Shown one piece after another: positions 39,861 to 49,942 of a DNA stretch of 64,000 bases. The DNA comes from an uncultured Gammaproteobacteria bacterium (GTDB taxonomy: Bacteria; Patescibacteriota; Patescibacteriia; Magasanikbacterales; UBA922), in the NCBI GenBank assembly GCA_964566225.1, contig CAZMHV010000001.1, forward strand, positions 242,651 through 306,650, read 5' to 3'. How positions within the stretch are numbered: position 1 is the first letter of the stretch; each line of letters opens with the position of its first letter. The position numbers and the translations under genes were made by a program. The notes under the pieces were generated by a model. That model did not search any database. It worked only from the letters and a program-made list of their open reading frames with translations, and was not told the origin of the DNA.

Positions 39861-40838
39861 TTATGATGCACAGTTTGAAGTATTTGCACTTACGGTGTTG
39901 GTACCGGTACATGCACCTGCTACTCCATTTGATGGGATTTGAATCATCCACAATGTTGAACTGGTACTACTTGCAGATTCAGTAGCAACTGACATACAAA
40001 CGTTCAAGTTTGCAGCAGCGCCACTCAAAGCTGTTTTTGATCCATATGCAACACCAGTAGTAGTTGCATATTTTTGATTTGAGTTAGGGATAGTTCCAAC
40101 GGTACAAGTAAGATCAGTACCACTTACTTGAGGGTTGGTACGTACATTACCTGTGTTGCGGATGATAAGATTTACATCAGCAGCAGAGGTTGCACCAAGA
40201 GCGAGTGAGCCATAGGCAATACTTGCTCCACTTCCATTTTCACCAAGACCGATCGCGAGCAAACTGTTCATTTCTACGCCACCGGTTGTTGTTGCAAATG
40301 CACTTGCATATTTATCAGTTGCAGTTGCCGTTGCAAGCCAAGTTTGAGATGAGTACGTTCCTGAATCAGTTGGGTTTGTATAGTACTGTACAGAAGAAGT
40401 ACACAAGAATGAACCTGTTGTATCTGATCCACCTGAAGTACAGTTAAAGAAACTACAACTAATTGTTTGATAACAATTAGAGTTATTCGCACTACAGTTA
40501 GTACCACCAGAGATACCACTGCGATACAGTGTTGTAGTGATACCACCACCAACACCACTTACTTCGTCACAACCGTTGTTATCACTAAATGTACCTTTTA
40601 CAAATACATCGGTTGTTGTATTTTCGGTTAATGTAATACTGTCCTGATATGTTGCTTGACTCGATGTGGTGATATAAATACTATCAACACTTGGAGCAGC
40701 ATTGGTTACGGTTGCAGATGTATCGGATGTGTCCCCTTGACTTTTTATCGTTACAAAGATAAGTATAATCAAGAGACCAGCAATACCGAGAAGGACTGCA
40801 AATATCAGGTGTTGTCTACTGTCATTGGTTTCTGTCAT
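39861..40838 (-). CDS. Membrane-anchored Ser/Thr/Gly/Asn-rich, cysteine-containing surface protein (paralog 1)
   Basis: N-terminal TM 'LIFAVLLGIAGLLIILIFV'; shares a conserved Cys-containing core and C-terminal 'LWMIQIPSNGVAGAC' block with the 41205-42122 paralog. Confidence 0.6.
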   Translation of the reverse strand: MTETNDSRQHLIFAVLLGIAGLLIILIFVTIKSQGDTSDTSATVTNAAPSVDSIYITTSSQATYQDSITLTENTTTDVFVKGTFSDNNGCDEVSGVGGGITTTLYRSGISGGTNCSANNSNCYQTISCSFFNCTSGGSDTTGSFLCTSSVQYYTNPTDSGTYSSQTWLATATATDKYASAFATTTGGVEMNSLLAIGLGENGSGASIAYGSLALGATSAADVNLIIRNTGNVRTNPQVSGTDLTCTVGTIPNSNQKYATTTGVAYGSKTALSGAAANLNVCMSVATESASSTSSTLWMIQIPSNGVAGACTGTNTVSANTSNCAS

Positions 40839-40904
40839 ACCTGCATGAGATTAAATGTATTAAATGATCTTAAAAAATAAGATTATATCATTGGCCAATG
40901 ATAT

Positions 40905-41159
40905 TTATTTTTTGATTTGAACACTGGTTTCTGCAGCGTTTTGTGGATTTGAGGCAGTTCCCTCAATTTGAACTGAAGTTTTTGCTACGTTTGACGTTAC
41001 ATTTCTTGGACCAGATTCATCTAACTGGTCTTTGAAAGGACGTCTATAATGTGCTGGTTGCATTTCTTGATTTGAGTTAGGCATTACCAAAATGATAACA
41101 CCAACAACAAAACACAAAAAGACCCAGACCACACCTGCCGACAAAAGATATTTACTCAT
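40905..41159 (-). CDS. small membrane protein with repeated 'TSVQI' motif, hypothetical
   Basis: ATG with AGGGGG RBS; N-terminal TM; the track's GTG start at 41177 is not used. Confidence 0.45.
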   Translation of the reverse strand: MSKYLLSAGVVWVFLCFVVGVIILVMPNSNQEMQPAHYRRPFKDQLDESGPRNVTSNVAKTSVQIEGTASNPQNAAETSVQIKK

Positions 41160-41204
41160 GTTATCACCCCCTTTCACTAAAAATTATTTGAAACTTGATT
41201 TTAT

Positions 41205-42122
41205 TTATTGACTGACCGCAGAAATATTATTGGCCCCACGACACACGCCAGCGGCACCACTTGAAGGCATGGCGAGTTGAAAATACAAAGTGGTGGTACT
41301 TTCACGATCCTGAAACTTTGTTAGATTCAAATCCACTAATGTTGATGAGGTAGTTACTGATACCATCGAAAAATAATCTGTTCCTGTGACGGTTGAATAC
41401 CGCTGATTTTCAACTGGGATACTGCCACTTGAACACAACATATTTCCCCCATCGATAGTTATATCGATGCTTGTATTCCCTGTATTTTTTATATAGAGCA
41501 TTTGTTGTGTTGATGTTGCCAAAAATGAAAGTGTCCCATATTGGATTGTTCCTTCTAATCGAAGTGCCGTCATTGAATTTATTTCTGTAAAACTTGTATT
41601 TGAACCAGAAGTCATATCCGCATCGGTTATTTCGGTATAAGCAATCCAATTATCTGCCATATACTCACCGACATCAGTAGCATCGGTATAGTACTCGAGA
41701 GGGATAAGACACTGATAGGGAACCGTTGTTTCTGTGCCAGCAGAACAGTCTTGAATTGTGCAATCATGAGCTAAAACAGCTTTATAACAATAATGATTTT
41801 CAGCAACACAGGATGATGTGGTACTCACACTACTTCGGTACAAAGTAATCGCAATATTTCCGCCATCTCTTACATTGGCACAACCATCCTCATCAGTAAA
41901 AGTGCCATGTACATATACATTTTTTACTCCATTGTCTGTCAAGTTAATGGATGGAGTAGCAGACCCAAAACTTTCTTCTGAAATTACTACTGAGTTTACA
42001 ACTGGATTTGCAATAGCATGAATAATTGTTTTCCTAAAAATAATTCCAATCATTCCACAAATAATTATAATGCCGATACCAACGCGAATACTTTTTTTGC
42101 GAAATGATAGTTTTCTTTCCAT
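41205..42122 (-). CDS. Membrane-anchored Ser/Thr-rich, cysteine-containing surface protein (paralog 2)
   Basis: N-terminal TM; 'YVHGTFTDEDGCANVRDGGNIAITLYRSS...SSC' parallels 'FVKGTFSDNNGCDEVSGVGGGITTTLYRSG...TNC' in paralog 1. Confidence 0.6.
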   Translation of the reverse strand: MERKLSFRKKSIRVGIGIIIICGMIGIIFRKTIIHAIANPVVNSVVISEESFGSATPSINLTDNGVKNVYVHGTFTDEDGCANVRDGGNIAITLYRSSVSTTSSCVAENHYCYKAVLAHDCTIQDCSAGTETTVPYQCLIPLEYYTDATDVGEYMADNWIAYTEITDADMTSGSNTSFTEINSMTALRLEGTIQYGTLSFLATSTQQMLYIKNTGNTSIDITIDGGNMLCSSGSIPVENQRYSTVTGTDYFSMVSVTTSSTLVDLNLTKFQDRESTTTLYFQLAMPSSGAAGVCRGANNISAVSQ

Positions 42123-42152
42123 AACTGTAATACACTAAATTTTTACCTATCA

Positions 42153-43547
42153 TTATTTTTGTACGGTATTTTGTGTATTGGGTGAGGTAACAACAGGAGT
42201 AACCGGTACAGCAGGAGTGACAGCAGGGGTTGGAGTAGGTTGTCCAGATACAGTTTGAGTATTTTGTGTTGAAATTATAGGTTGAGTTGGTGCGACAGGA
42301 GGAGCCGGAGGAACCACAGGAGGTTGATCATCTTTTTTCTTTCGACGAGACATCAAAATAATAAAAATGATAAGAAGTATGAGAAGTATTGATATCATTA
42401 TGATATATTTCCAAGTAAAATCTGAACCAACAGTAAAGCTTTGTTCCAAAACATCTGATTTTCGTGCTCCATATTCAAAGTATGCTTTGGCAACATAATC
42501 TCCCTTCTCTTCTGGTGTATAGGTGAGAGGGAAAGCTTGACCTTCTCCCTTCAAAACAAGAGATTTATCACCTCGTTTTAAGTCAAGAACTTGTTCATCT
42601 TTTGAAATTTCAACCACAAATACAGGCTCAATTGCTACCTCACCAGTATTCTTTACATTTCCAGTAAAACGAACTGGTTCAGACACAGCATACTTTTGCT
42701 TATTGAGTTGAAGACTTATAAATTCTAATTTTTGAGCCAGAGATCCCTTTGGTAAAATCTTCACCATAAAATTTTTGGTAAAGATAACACTCTGATCTGA
42801 AATAAATTTTATCTCCAAGTTATACTTTCCTTCTGGAACTTTGGCAGAAGATTTTGCAACAACTTTTTCAGTAGCCAAAGGTGCGACCATGTTTAAAGTT
42901 GGTCCATCAATAGAATCCAGAATAAAGTGAGTGGGGTCAGAAACATCGGTAAAGACAAGATCAATTTTGTCTGGGCGAGCACTTACATTGCCACTGTTTT
43001 TAAGTAAAAAATAAAATACAAAAGGTTGATCAACTTCTGTTTCTTCATCATATACTTCAACAATGTCAAACTTTTTAATTTGCTTGTCAGTAATAACAAA
43101 TTGAATTTGAGCAGTTACCCCTGTCAAAAAGGCAACATTATTTTGACCACTTTCAATTTTATGATCAGGAACCGTACCAGTAATTACCAAAAAAGCTCTG
43201 TAGGTACCATTTGGGGCAGCGACTGGTTTAATATGAACGGTGAAAGGAACCTGTTTTTCACCTTTGGGAAGTGCAATCGTTGTTTTATCTACTGAGACAT
43301 AAGGAGCTCCATCACCTTCAATGGTGATTTTATAGTATTCTTCTTTGCTTGGGTTTGCCCGACTCATGTAGAGTGTTTTGTCTAAAACAATATTGTTTGC
43401 CAAACCATCAAGTTCTACGATACTTGGAGAAACACCAATTGCTAAAACGTTTTGAACAGAAAAAAATGAAAGAAAAAAGAAAATTAATAGTTTAAACGAA
43501 ATACTTTTCATTTTTGAAAACATAAAAAAATTTAATATTTGACTCAT
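42153..43547 (-). CDS. Secreted beta-rich surface protein with C-terminal TM anchor and Pro/Thr-rich tail
   Basis: Signal peptide ending 'VQNVLA', C-terminal 'YIIMISILLILLIIFIILMSRRKKKDD' then a PPVVPPAPP... tail. The architecture recalls the DUF916/DUF3324 WxL-locus proteins, as an inference only. Confidence 0.55.
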   Translation of the reverse strand: MSQILNFFMFSKMKSISFKLLIFFFLSFFSVQNVLAIGVSPSIVELDGLANNIVLDKTLYMSRANPSKEEYYKITIEGDGAPYVSVDKTTIALPKGEKQVPFTVHIKPVAAPNGTYRAFLVITGTVPDHKIESGQNNVAFLTGVTAQIQFVITDKQIKKFDIVEVYDEETEVDQPFVFYFLLKNSGNVSARPDKIDLVFTDVSDPTHFILDSIDGPTLNMVAPLATEKVVAKSSAKVPEGKYNLEIKFISDQSVIFTKNFMVKILPKGSLAQKLEFISLQLNKQKYAVSEPVRFTGNVKNTGEVAIEPVFVVEISKDEQVLDLKRGDKSLVLKGEGQAFPLTYTPEEKGDYVAKAYFEYGARKSDVLEQSFTVGSDFTWKYIIMISILLILLIIFIILMSRRKKKDDQPPVVPPAPPVAPTQPIISTQNTQTVSGQPTPTPAVTPAVPVTPVVTSPNTQNTVQK

Positions 43548-43622
43548 TGGCTGCTTTATTATACTATATTTTCAATAAAAGATAAAAAAGCTTACTCTTA
43601 ATCTGTGGATAATTACCTTCAT

Positions 43623-44609
43623 ATGAAAAAATTTCAACTCAAAATTGGTATCATTTTACTTATAATAGTGATTTCACTCAGCTCACTTGGGATCATTTTC
43701 TTCAAAAAATTAAAAGTCAGTATGATACCGCTGAGTGAACAACGCTGGTCTCGACCTCCTGGACTCGTCACCGCATTTTATAAAAACCAAACACCTGGAT
43801 TGTCTGTTTTTAGGTTGGTTGATGGAAAAGAAGAAAAGTTAGATGGCAGTTGGACTATTCATTATTTTCAAGAAAATGAAATGAGTATTTATGGTTCGTT
43901 CAATGCAGAAAGTACAACATCAACAGAAAGCCAAGCAAGACGACTCTTTTTACTCACTGACCGTGGAGGCGAAGTAAAAGATATTTCAAAACTTTCTGGT
44001 GAAATCATATCTTTGGAACAAAATCCATCGGGAACCTACTTTCTTATTTATGGGTTAAAAGAAAATCCTAAAACGAAAGTTATAGAACCCTATGCATGTG
44101 TTGCAGAAAAACTCCGGACAACCATGTCACCATGTGATGAAGTACTTGGAAAAATTCTTACCAAAGATCTTCTCGACAACACGGTTCAACATCGTATATT
44201 TTGGAATAAACTCGTTGAACGACAACTCGTAATTGCTGAAGTTGGTGGTAAAAATCGTGTATTTCTATATGATCCTTGGGAAGATAAACCAACCGTACTT
44301 ACTGATGAAGCCGAAAAAACAAAAATTCTCAAACAATTTGAAGAAACAGAACCAAGTGTTATCCCCAACTATACAGTGAAACAAATTGGAGGGCTTACTT
44401 TGTTTCAAGATGCACAAAAAGTACCAGTAGCCTTAGCCAAAATTCCTCAAAACAGTGCAACCATGTGGGTTACACCAGAAATATACCTTTATACCAAGGG
44501 AACAGATATGTATATTGTAAATGTAACACGAAAAACAGAAAGTAAGTTTACCTTTATCCCAAGTGGAACGTATCTCATTAATACATACCATAATTCAAAA
44601 AACTTATAA
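43623..44609 (+). CDS. hypothetical membrane-anchored protein
   Basis: ATG at 43623 (the track start at 43605 is a GTG); N-terminal TM 'IGIILLIIVISLSSLGIIFF'. Confidence 0.5.
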   Translation: MKKFQLKIGIILLIIVISLSSLGIIFFKKLKVSMIPLSEQRWSRPPGLVTAFYKNQTPGLSVFRLVDGKEEKLDGSWTIHYFQENEMSIYGSFNAESTTSTESQARRLFLLTDRGGEVKDISKLSGEIISLEQNPSGTYFLIYGLKENPKTKVIEPYACVAEKLRTTMSPCDEVLGKILTKDLLDNTVQHRIFWNKLVERQLVIAEVGGKNRVFLYDPWEDKPTVLTDEAEKTKILKQFEETEPSVIPNYTVKQIGGLTLFQDAQKVPVALAKIPQNSATMWVTPEIYLYTKGTDMYIVNVTRKTESKFTFIPSGTYLINTYHNSKNL

Positions 44610-44640
44610 AAAAAAGCCCCTCAATTGGGGCTTTTTTTAT
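44610..44640. terminator. Bidirectional rho-independent terminator
   Basis: AGCCCC-TCAATT-GGGGCT flanked by A- and T-runs. Confidence 0.7.
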
Positions 44641-45167
44641 TTGAAAATTTTTCCAACAATTTGCGAACGAAGAATTGGCCCATAATACCTTGAATCCACA
44701 CTTACTCTTCTGTTATCTCCCAGAACAAAATATTGATTGGGGCCAAGTTCAAATGTTCTTTTTTGGTACGACTCTGGTATATCGGTATAAACGTCAGCCG
44801 CTAAATACTTTGTTTCATCCAGTTCAAATTCAGGACCTCCGGGAGCTTCGATATACACCTTACCTCGTTTGATAGTCAAAATATCATTGGGCACTCCAAC
44901 AACCCTTTTGATAATCAATTTTTTTTCTTTTGGGTCGATTACTTGGACAATATCACCTCTGCGAGGAGGGCGCATCAATAAAATAAATCGATTTATATAA
45001 AAAATATTTTCATCCTTAAAGTTTGGCTCCATAGATGGACCATTCACGACTCCAACACTAAAAATAAAAAAACGAAATACCAAAACTGTGGTGATAAAAA
45101 TAAAAAATGATCGAAAAATATACCACAAGTATCGCTCAAAAGCAGTAATTTGAATTTTTTCAATCAT
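44637..45167 (-). CDS. lepB: Signal peptidase I (S26)
   Basis: 'VVNGPSMEPNF' Ser box, 'RGDIVQV', 'VLGDNRRVSVDSRYYG' Lys/box E region. Confidence 0.85.
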   Translation of the reverse strand: MIEKIQITAFERYLWYIFRSFFIFITTVLVFRFFIFSVGVVNGPSMEPNFKDENIFYINRFILLMRPPRRGDIVQVIDPKEKKLIIKRVVGVPNDILTIKRGKVYIEAPGGPEFELDETKYLAADVYTDIPESYQKRTFELGPNQYFVLGDNRRVSVDSRYYGPILRSQIVGKIFK

Positions 45168-45256
45168 AGAGAATGAAATTTCTTTTCAAAATTTTAAATT
45201 TGTTGTATACTATTCTCTAGTATACTCCCTTTTTGTCTTTTTTGCACGCGGTTGCT

Positions 45257-45604
45257 ATGTCAAACAACTTTTTTTTTGGAATATTAGCAATTACAAAAGA
45301 CATCAAACTTTTTTTTATGTCACTCTTACACAATAAAGTTATCCTAGGGTTTATCTTTGGAATTTTACTGACGGTACTTATCATTGGTTTTCTTATTACC
45401 AAAAATCCAAGTCACATTCCAGTTATTCTCAAATACTCTGCTACCGATGGTTTTCAAAAAATTTCTGAACGTGATACTACCGGTACCTACAATATGTCTT
45501 ATACCGCATATACCAAAATGCATACGCAGATCCGAAGTCTCTTTCTTTTGGCAATGATTACCTTTTTTGTCATGGTGACCACCATTGTCATCCGCGCGCA
45601 ATAA
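45257..45604 (+). CDS. small membrane protein, hypothetical
   Basis: Two hydrophobic segments; ATG at 45257 (track start is a TTG); followed by a terminator. Confidence 0.4.
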   Translation: MSNNFFFGILAITKDIKLFFMSLLHNKVILGFIFGILLTVLIIGFLITKNPSHIPVILKYSATDGFQKISERDTTGTYNMSYTAYTKMHTQIRSLFLLAMITFFVMVTTIVIRAQ

Positions 45605-45611
45605 AATTCTA

Positions 45612-45650
45612 TAAAAAATCCTCACTTCTGGTGAGGATTTTTTTGTTTTT
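45612..45650. terminator. Bidirectional rho-independent terminator
   Basis: AATCCTCAC-TTCTG-GTGAGGATT flanked by A- and T-runs. Confidence 0.7.
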
Positions 45651-46770
45651 AGTTCAATTCTTGTTGCAGTTCTTCCAAAAGTTTTTTGGCACTGCGACTC
45701 AGGTGCTTGGGTACGTCTACAATCACTTCTACATAGTGATCTCCCCTGCCACTACTGCGCAAATGTGGCACGCCCTCGTGTTTGAAACGAATTTTTTCTT
45801 TGGACTGTGTGCCATCTGGGATTTTTATTTTCTTTTTGCCATCGAGTGTTTCAATTTCTTTTTCTGTGCCGAGTGCGGCTTCGGGAAATGAAATGTGAAT
45901 GGTGGAGTGAATGTCGTCGCCTTCACGAGTGAATGTTTTGTCTGCTTTAATATGAACGACGACGTAGAGACTACCAGGTACTGAACCGACTCCCCCACTT
46001 TCACCTTTGCCATCGAGTCGAATGGTCGCACCATCATGAATACCTTCGGGAATTTTCACATTGTACTTGGATTCACTCTTGGTCACGCCTTTGCCACCAC
46101 AGTGCTTACAAGATTTTTCGGGAATTTGACCAGTGCCATGACACAGATAACACTGCACCACGGTTTGCATGGCACCAAAAATGGTTCGCTGCACCTGCTG
46201 CACCTGGCCCTTGCCCTTACATTCGCCACACTGCATCATTTTGCTGCCTGGTTCTTGACCACTGCCAGTACACACATCACAGTGATTATTTTTCATGAGG
46301 CGAATTTCTTTTTCTACACCAAACACGGCTTCTTTGAATTCAAGCTCAATATCTACCTGCACATCGCGGCCACGCTGGGTTCGGCCTTGACCTCCACCAC
46401 CACCGCCGAAGAAGTCTCCAAAAATATCTCCAAGGTCAACGCCACCAAAGTTGAAGTTAAAGCCACCAGCCTGACCACCAAAGCCACCTTGGCCTCCCTG
46501 GCCACGCGTAGCGCGCATAAAGTCGTCCCAGTTCATGCCACCACCAAATCCGCCCTGAGATTCAAAATCTGAGCCATATTGGTCATATTGCTTGCGCTTC
46601 TGCTCATCGCCAAGAATTTGGTATGCCTCGTTAATTTCCTTGAATTTGGCCTCGTCACCACCCTTTTTGTCTGGATGGTATTCATGAGCCTTTTTGCGAA
46701 AGGCTTTTTTGATTTCGTCGGCTGAGGCGCCTTTTTCAAGGCCGAGGGATTTGTAGTAGTCTTTGGACAT
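45649..46770 (-). CDS. dnaJ: Molecular chaperone DnaJ
   Basis: J-domain 'DYYKSLGL...HPDKK', G/F-rich region, four CxxCxGxG zinc-finger repeats. ATG at 46770. Confidence 0.9.
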   Translation of the reverse strand: MSKDYYKSLGLEKGASADEIKKAFRKKAHEYHPDKKGGDEAKFKEINEAYQILGDEQKRKQYDQYGSDFESQGGFGGGMNWDDFMRATRGQGGQGGFGGQAGGFNFNFGGVDLGDIFGDFFGGGGGGQGRTQRGRDVQVDIELEFKEAVFGVEKEIRLMKNNHCDVCTGSGQEPGSKMMQCGECKGKGQVQQVQRTIFGAMQTVVQCYLCHGTGQIPEKSCKHCGGKGVTKSESKYNVKIPEGIHDGATIRLDGKGESGGVGSVPGSLYVVVHIKADKTFTREGDDIHSTIHISFPEAALGTEKEIETLDGKKKIKIPDGTQSKEKIRFKHEGVPHLRSSGRGDHYVEVIVDVPKHLSRSAKKLLEELQQELN

Positions 46771-46796
46771 AATTATTTCCTGAAGAAAAGTTATAA

Positions 46797-47090
46797 TTAT
46801 TTCACCGGCCAAACAAATTGTTGTTTTGTTTCACCAGAGTCTTCAATCTTTCCAAATTGAGATTCGTATTTGTATAAACTGTCCTGCATTGCTTTGATCA
46901 TTCGTTTAAAATGCGCAGGACTCACAATCACACGAGAAGCTAAAACTCCTTGTGGAGGAAATACACTCATGAAATCAAGAATGAATTCTTCTTTGGTGTG
47001 TGCAAGGTTGGCAATATTTGCATATTTACCTTCCAGTACATCATCTTTTGCTTTAATTTCAATGTTTTGATTTGGATTATTTGATTCCAT
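46797..47090 (-). CDS. DUF3467-family protein
   Basis: 'GKYANIANLAHTKEEFILDF...RVIVSPAHFKRMIKAMQDSLYKYESQFGKI' matches the DUF3467 consensus. Confidence 0.6.
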   Translation of the reverse strand: MESNNPNQNIEIKAKDDVLEGKYANIANLAHTKEEFILDFMSVFPPQGVLASRVIVSPAHFKRMIKAMQDSLYKYESQFGKIEDSGETKQQFVWPVK

Positions 47091-47118
47091 AAAAAAATGA
47101 TAAGAATATATTTTCAAA

Positions 47119-47409
47119 GGGGGGCGGAATGGGTTAGATCATTCCGTGTTGAGAGCGGGAGAGTCGGTGACTTTGGCTACGAGCCACAGCGAGCCAAAAA
47201 TCCCCAGGGTTTGAAAGATCGATGCCAGTTCGAGGTGTTCCCCCGAAAAATGCTGTACCCAGTCAGAGTAGAACTCAAACAGGTACAACGGATTGAAGGT
47301 TTTCGGTGCCAGAAACACCAGAAAGAGATACATACAGAGAGAAACCTTGAAAGCCAATAGACACTCTTGCCGAGAAAACTTCATATCCATCTCACTTTCC
47401 CCGCCCCCC
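47119..47409. mobile_element. MITE-like element (291 bp) with perfect 9-bp GC-rich terminal inverted repeats and a 5-bp TSD
   Basis: Left end GGGGGGCGG (47119-47127), right end CCGCCCCCC (47401-47409). Direct repeat TCAAA immediately flanks both ends (47114-47118 and 47410-47414). The interior is GC-richer than the flanking DNA. Confidence 0.4.
47139..47390 (-). CDS. small hydrophobic protein (83 aa) encoded inside the MITE-like element, hypothetical
   Basis: ATG ORF co-oriented with the dnaK-dnaJ operon; two hydrophobic segments; weak RBS. Confidence 0.2.
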   Translation of the reverse strand: MDMKFSRQECLLAFKVSLCMYLFLVFLAPKTFNPLYLFEFYSDWVQHFSGEHLELASIFQTLGIFGSLWLVAKVTDSPALNTE

Positions 47410-47476
47410 TCAAAAAATACATTCTAATCAGAGAAATCCCGGTTACTACTGAGCAACCGGGACTCTCATTCTATCA

Positions 47477-49417
47477 TTATTTTTTATCATCCACCACTTC
47501 GCCTTCAATTGGACCTTCGTCTTTTTGATCTGGAGTTGCAGCATCGCCTGCTGGTTGTTCACCTTGAGGGGCACCTTGTTGTGATGCTTGTTGTTCTTGT
47601 TGGTACAACTTTGTTCCAACGGCTTGTGCAGCGTTTGTGAGTTCGTCTGCAGCCTTTTTCAAAGCTTCGGCATCGTCTTTATCTTTGAGTTCTTTGACGC
47701 GAGCAAGTGCATCAGTAACTTTTTGTTTTTCTTCATCACTCACTGCTACTTTCTTTTCTTCTACATCTTTCATCATTTTTTCGGTGGTGTAAATCATGGT
47801 GTCTGCAGTGTTGCGCACGTCTGCCATTTCACGTTTCTTTTTGTCAGCGTCCGCATTCATTTCTGCTTCTTTTTTCATGCGTTCAATGTCTTCTTTTGAA
47901 AGTCCTGAACTTGCTTCAATGCGGATGGATTGTTCTTTGCCAGTGCCTTTGTCTTTGGCAGATACGTGCAAAATTCCGTTTGCATCAATGTCGAATTTTA
48001 CTTCAACTTGTGGTACACCGCGTGGTGCAGGTGGAATTCCATCGAGAATGAAACGACCAAGATTTTTATTGTCTGCAGCCATTTCACGTTCACCTTGAAG
48101 TACATTAATTTCTACACTTGGCTGGTTGTCGGCAGCAGTTGAGAATACTTGTGATTTACTGGTTGGAATAGTTGTGTTTTTTTCAATGAGTTTGGTCATT
48201 ACGCCACCGAGTGTTTCAAGACCGAGTGAAAGTGGAGTCACATCGAGGAGCAAAATTTCTTTGCCGAGATCTCCTTGCAATTGTCCAGCTTGGATACCAG
48301 CACCAATGGCAACTACTTCATCTGGATTCACAGTCATGTTGGCTTTTTTGCCAAAGTAATCTTCTACTTTTTTGACTACCAAAGGCATGCGGGTCATTCC
48401 GCCGACCATCACAATTTCGTTGATACCATTTTTATCTACACCAGCATCTTTGAGAGCTTGTTCTACTGGACCCATGGTTTTGTTCACAAGGTCCATGACA
48501 ATATCTTCGAGTTTTGCGCGAGAAAGTTTGAGGTTCAAGTGTTTTGGACCTTCACTAGTTGAAGTAATAAATGGTTCGTTGATCTCTACTTCTGGAGTAC
48601 TACTGAGCTCGATCTTTGCTTTTTCTGCAGCGTCTTTAACACGTTGCAATGACAATGGATCTTTACTGAGGTCAACTCCTTCAGTATTTTTGAATTCACT
48701 AATAATCCATTCAATAATTTTTTTATCAAAGTCGTCTCCACCAAGGTGTGTGTCACCATTGGTTGCGAGCACTTCTACGGTTGATTGATCGCCGTCGTGT
48801 GAAATGTCGAGTACAGATACATCGAATGTTCCACCACCGAGATCGTACACGAGGATTTTTTGATCTTGTTTTTTATCAAAACCGTATGCAAATGCAGCGG
48901 CCGTTGGTTCGTTGATAATACGAAGCACTTTGAGACCAGCAATTTCACCTGCATCTTTGGTTGCTTGGCGTTGTGAATCATCAAAGTACGCAGGGACGGT
49001 AATAACGGCTTCGGTAATGGTTTCACCAAGTTTTTCTTCAGCATCTGCTTTGAGCTTTTGGAGCACCATGGCAGAAATTTCTGGTGGAGTGTATGCCTTG
49101 TCACCAAGTTTTACTTTTACTTTGTCGCCTTCAGTAACAACTTCATAAGGTGCATGTTCTTTAACAAGAGACACTTCTTTGTCTCCAGGTCGGCGTCCAA
49201 TGAGACGCTTAATAGAATACAAAGTATTTTTTGGATTGGTCACAGCTTGGCGCTTGGCAAGTTGACCTACGAGACGTTCTCCTGTTTTTGACAGTGCAAT
49301 AACAGAAGGGGTCGTACGATGACCTTCTTTATTTTCAAGTACTTTTGGTTGACCACCTTCGATGATTGACACGCAGGAGTTGGTCGTTCCGAGATCGATT
49401 CCGAGAATCTTTGACAT
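47477..49417 (-). CDS. dnaK: Molecular chaperone DnaK (Hsp70)
   Basis: '[13 protein letters not shown]', 'DLGGGTFD', full Hsp70 signature set. Confidence 0.95.
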   Translation of the reverse strand: MSKILGIDLGTTNSCVSIIEGGQPKVLENKEGHRTTPSVIALSKTGERLVGQLAKRQAVTNPKNTLYSIKRLIGRRPGDKEVSLVKEHAPYEVVTEGDKVKVKLGDKAYTPPEISAMVLQKLKADAEEKLGETITEAVITVPAYFDDSQRQATKDAGEIAGLKVLRIINEPTAAAFAYGFDKKQDQKILVYDLGGGTFDVSVLDISHDGDQSTVEVLATNGDTHLGGDDFDKKIIEWIISEFKNTEGVDLSKDPLSLQRVKDAAEKAKIELSSTPEVEINEPFITSTSEGPKHLNLKLSRAKLEDIVMDLVNKTMGPVEQALKDAGVDKNGINEIVMVGGMTRMPLVVKKVEDYFGKKANMTVNPDEVVAIGAGIQAGQLQGDLGKEILLLDVTPLSLGLETLGGVMTKLIEKNTTIPTSKSQVFSTAADNQPSVEINVLQGEREMAADNKNLGRFILDGIPPAPRGVPQVEVKFDIDANGILHVSAKDKGTGKEQSIRIEASSGLSKEDIERMKKEAEMNADADKKKREMADVRNTADTMIYTTEKMMKDVEEKKVAVSDEEKQKVTDALARVKELKDKDDAEALKKAADELTNAAQAVGTKLYQQEQQASQQGAPQGEQPAGDAATPDQKDEGPIEGEVVDDKK

Positions 49418-49447
49418 ATATAAATAATTTATAAATTGATTAAGTGA

Positions 49448-49942
49448 TTATTTTTTTAATTCTTTGAGCATTTCAATAGCTCTTTCTTTGTAACCATGAG
49501 ACAGATAAAATCCGTATGCGTTCGTGTTTGGTTTCAAAACTTCAAGGACAATATCATCATAATTATTCTCACGGAAATAATTCTCTATTTTCTCCATGAG
49601 CATTTTTCCAATTCCCTGCTTGCGGTATTCATCGTCGACATAGAGCTCCGTTACTCTTCCGCATTTTCGTTCGCCTTGTTCAACATTCAGCTGTGGGGAA
49701 TTTTCTTCGTGCACACCAATCACTCCACCGATAATTTTTTCGTCATCACACGCGACATAAAATTTTCCACCTTTTTCTTCAATTTCTTGTAATGTGAGCG
49801 TGAGATATTTTTCTGCAAATCCTTCTTCTCTTCGTAAGCGTTTCATGTCATCGATGGAGATAAGATAATCTTCAAATCGATCAGCGAGTGGAAGAATTGC
49901 TTCAAAGTCCGTTGACTCGTATTCTCTTATTATTATCTTCAT
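49448..49942 (-). CDS. GNAT-family N-acetyltransferase
   Basis: 'RKQGIGKMLMEKIENYFRE' motif A; 4-bp overlap with the upstream NUDIX gene. Confidence 0.7.
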   Translation of the reverse strand: MKIIIREYESTDFEAILPLADRFEDYLISIDDMKRLRREEGFAEKYLTLTLQEIEEKGGKFYVACDDEKIIGGVIGVHEENSPQLNVEQGERKCGRVTELYVDDEYRKQGIGKMLMEKIENYFRENNYDDIVLEVLKPNTNAYGFYLSHGYKERAIEMLKELKK

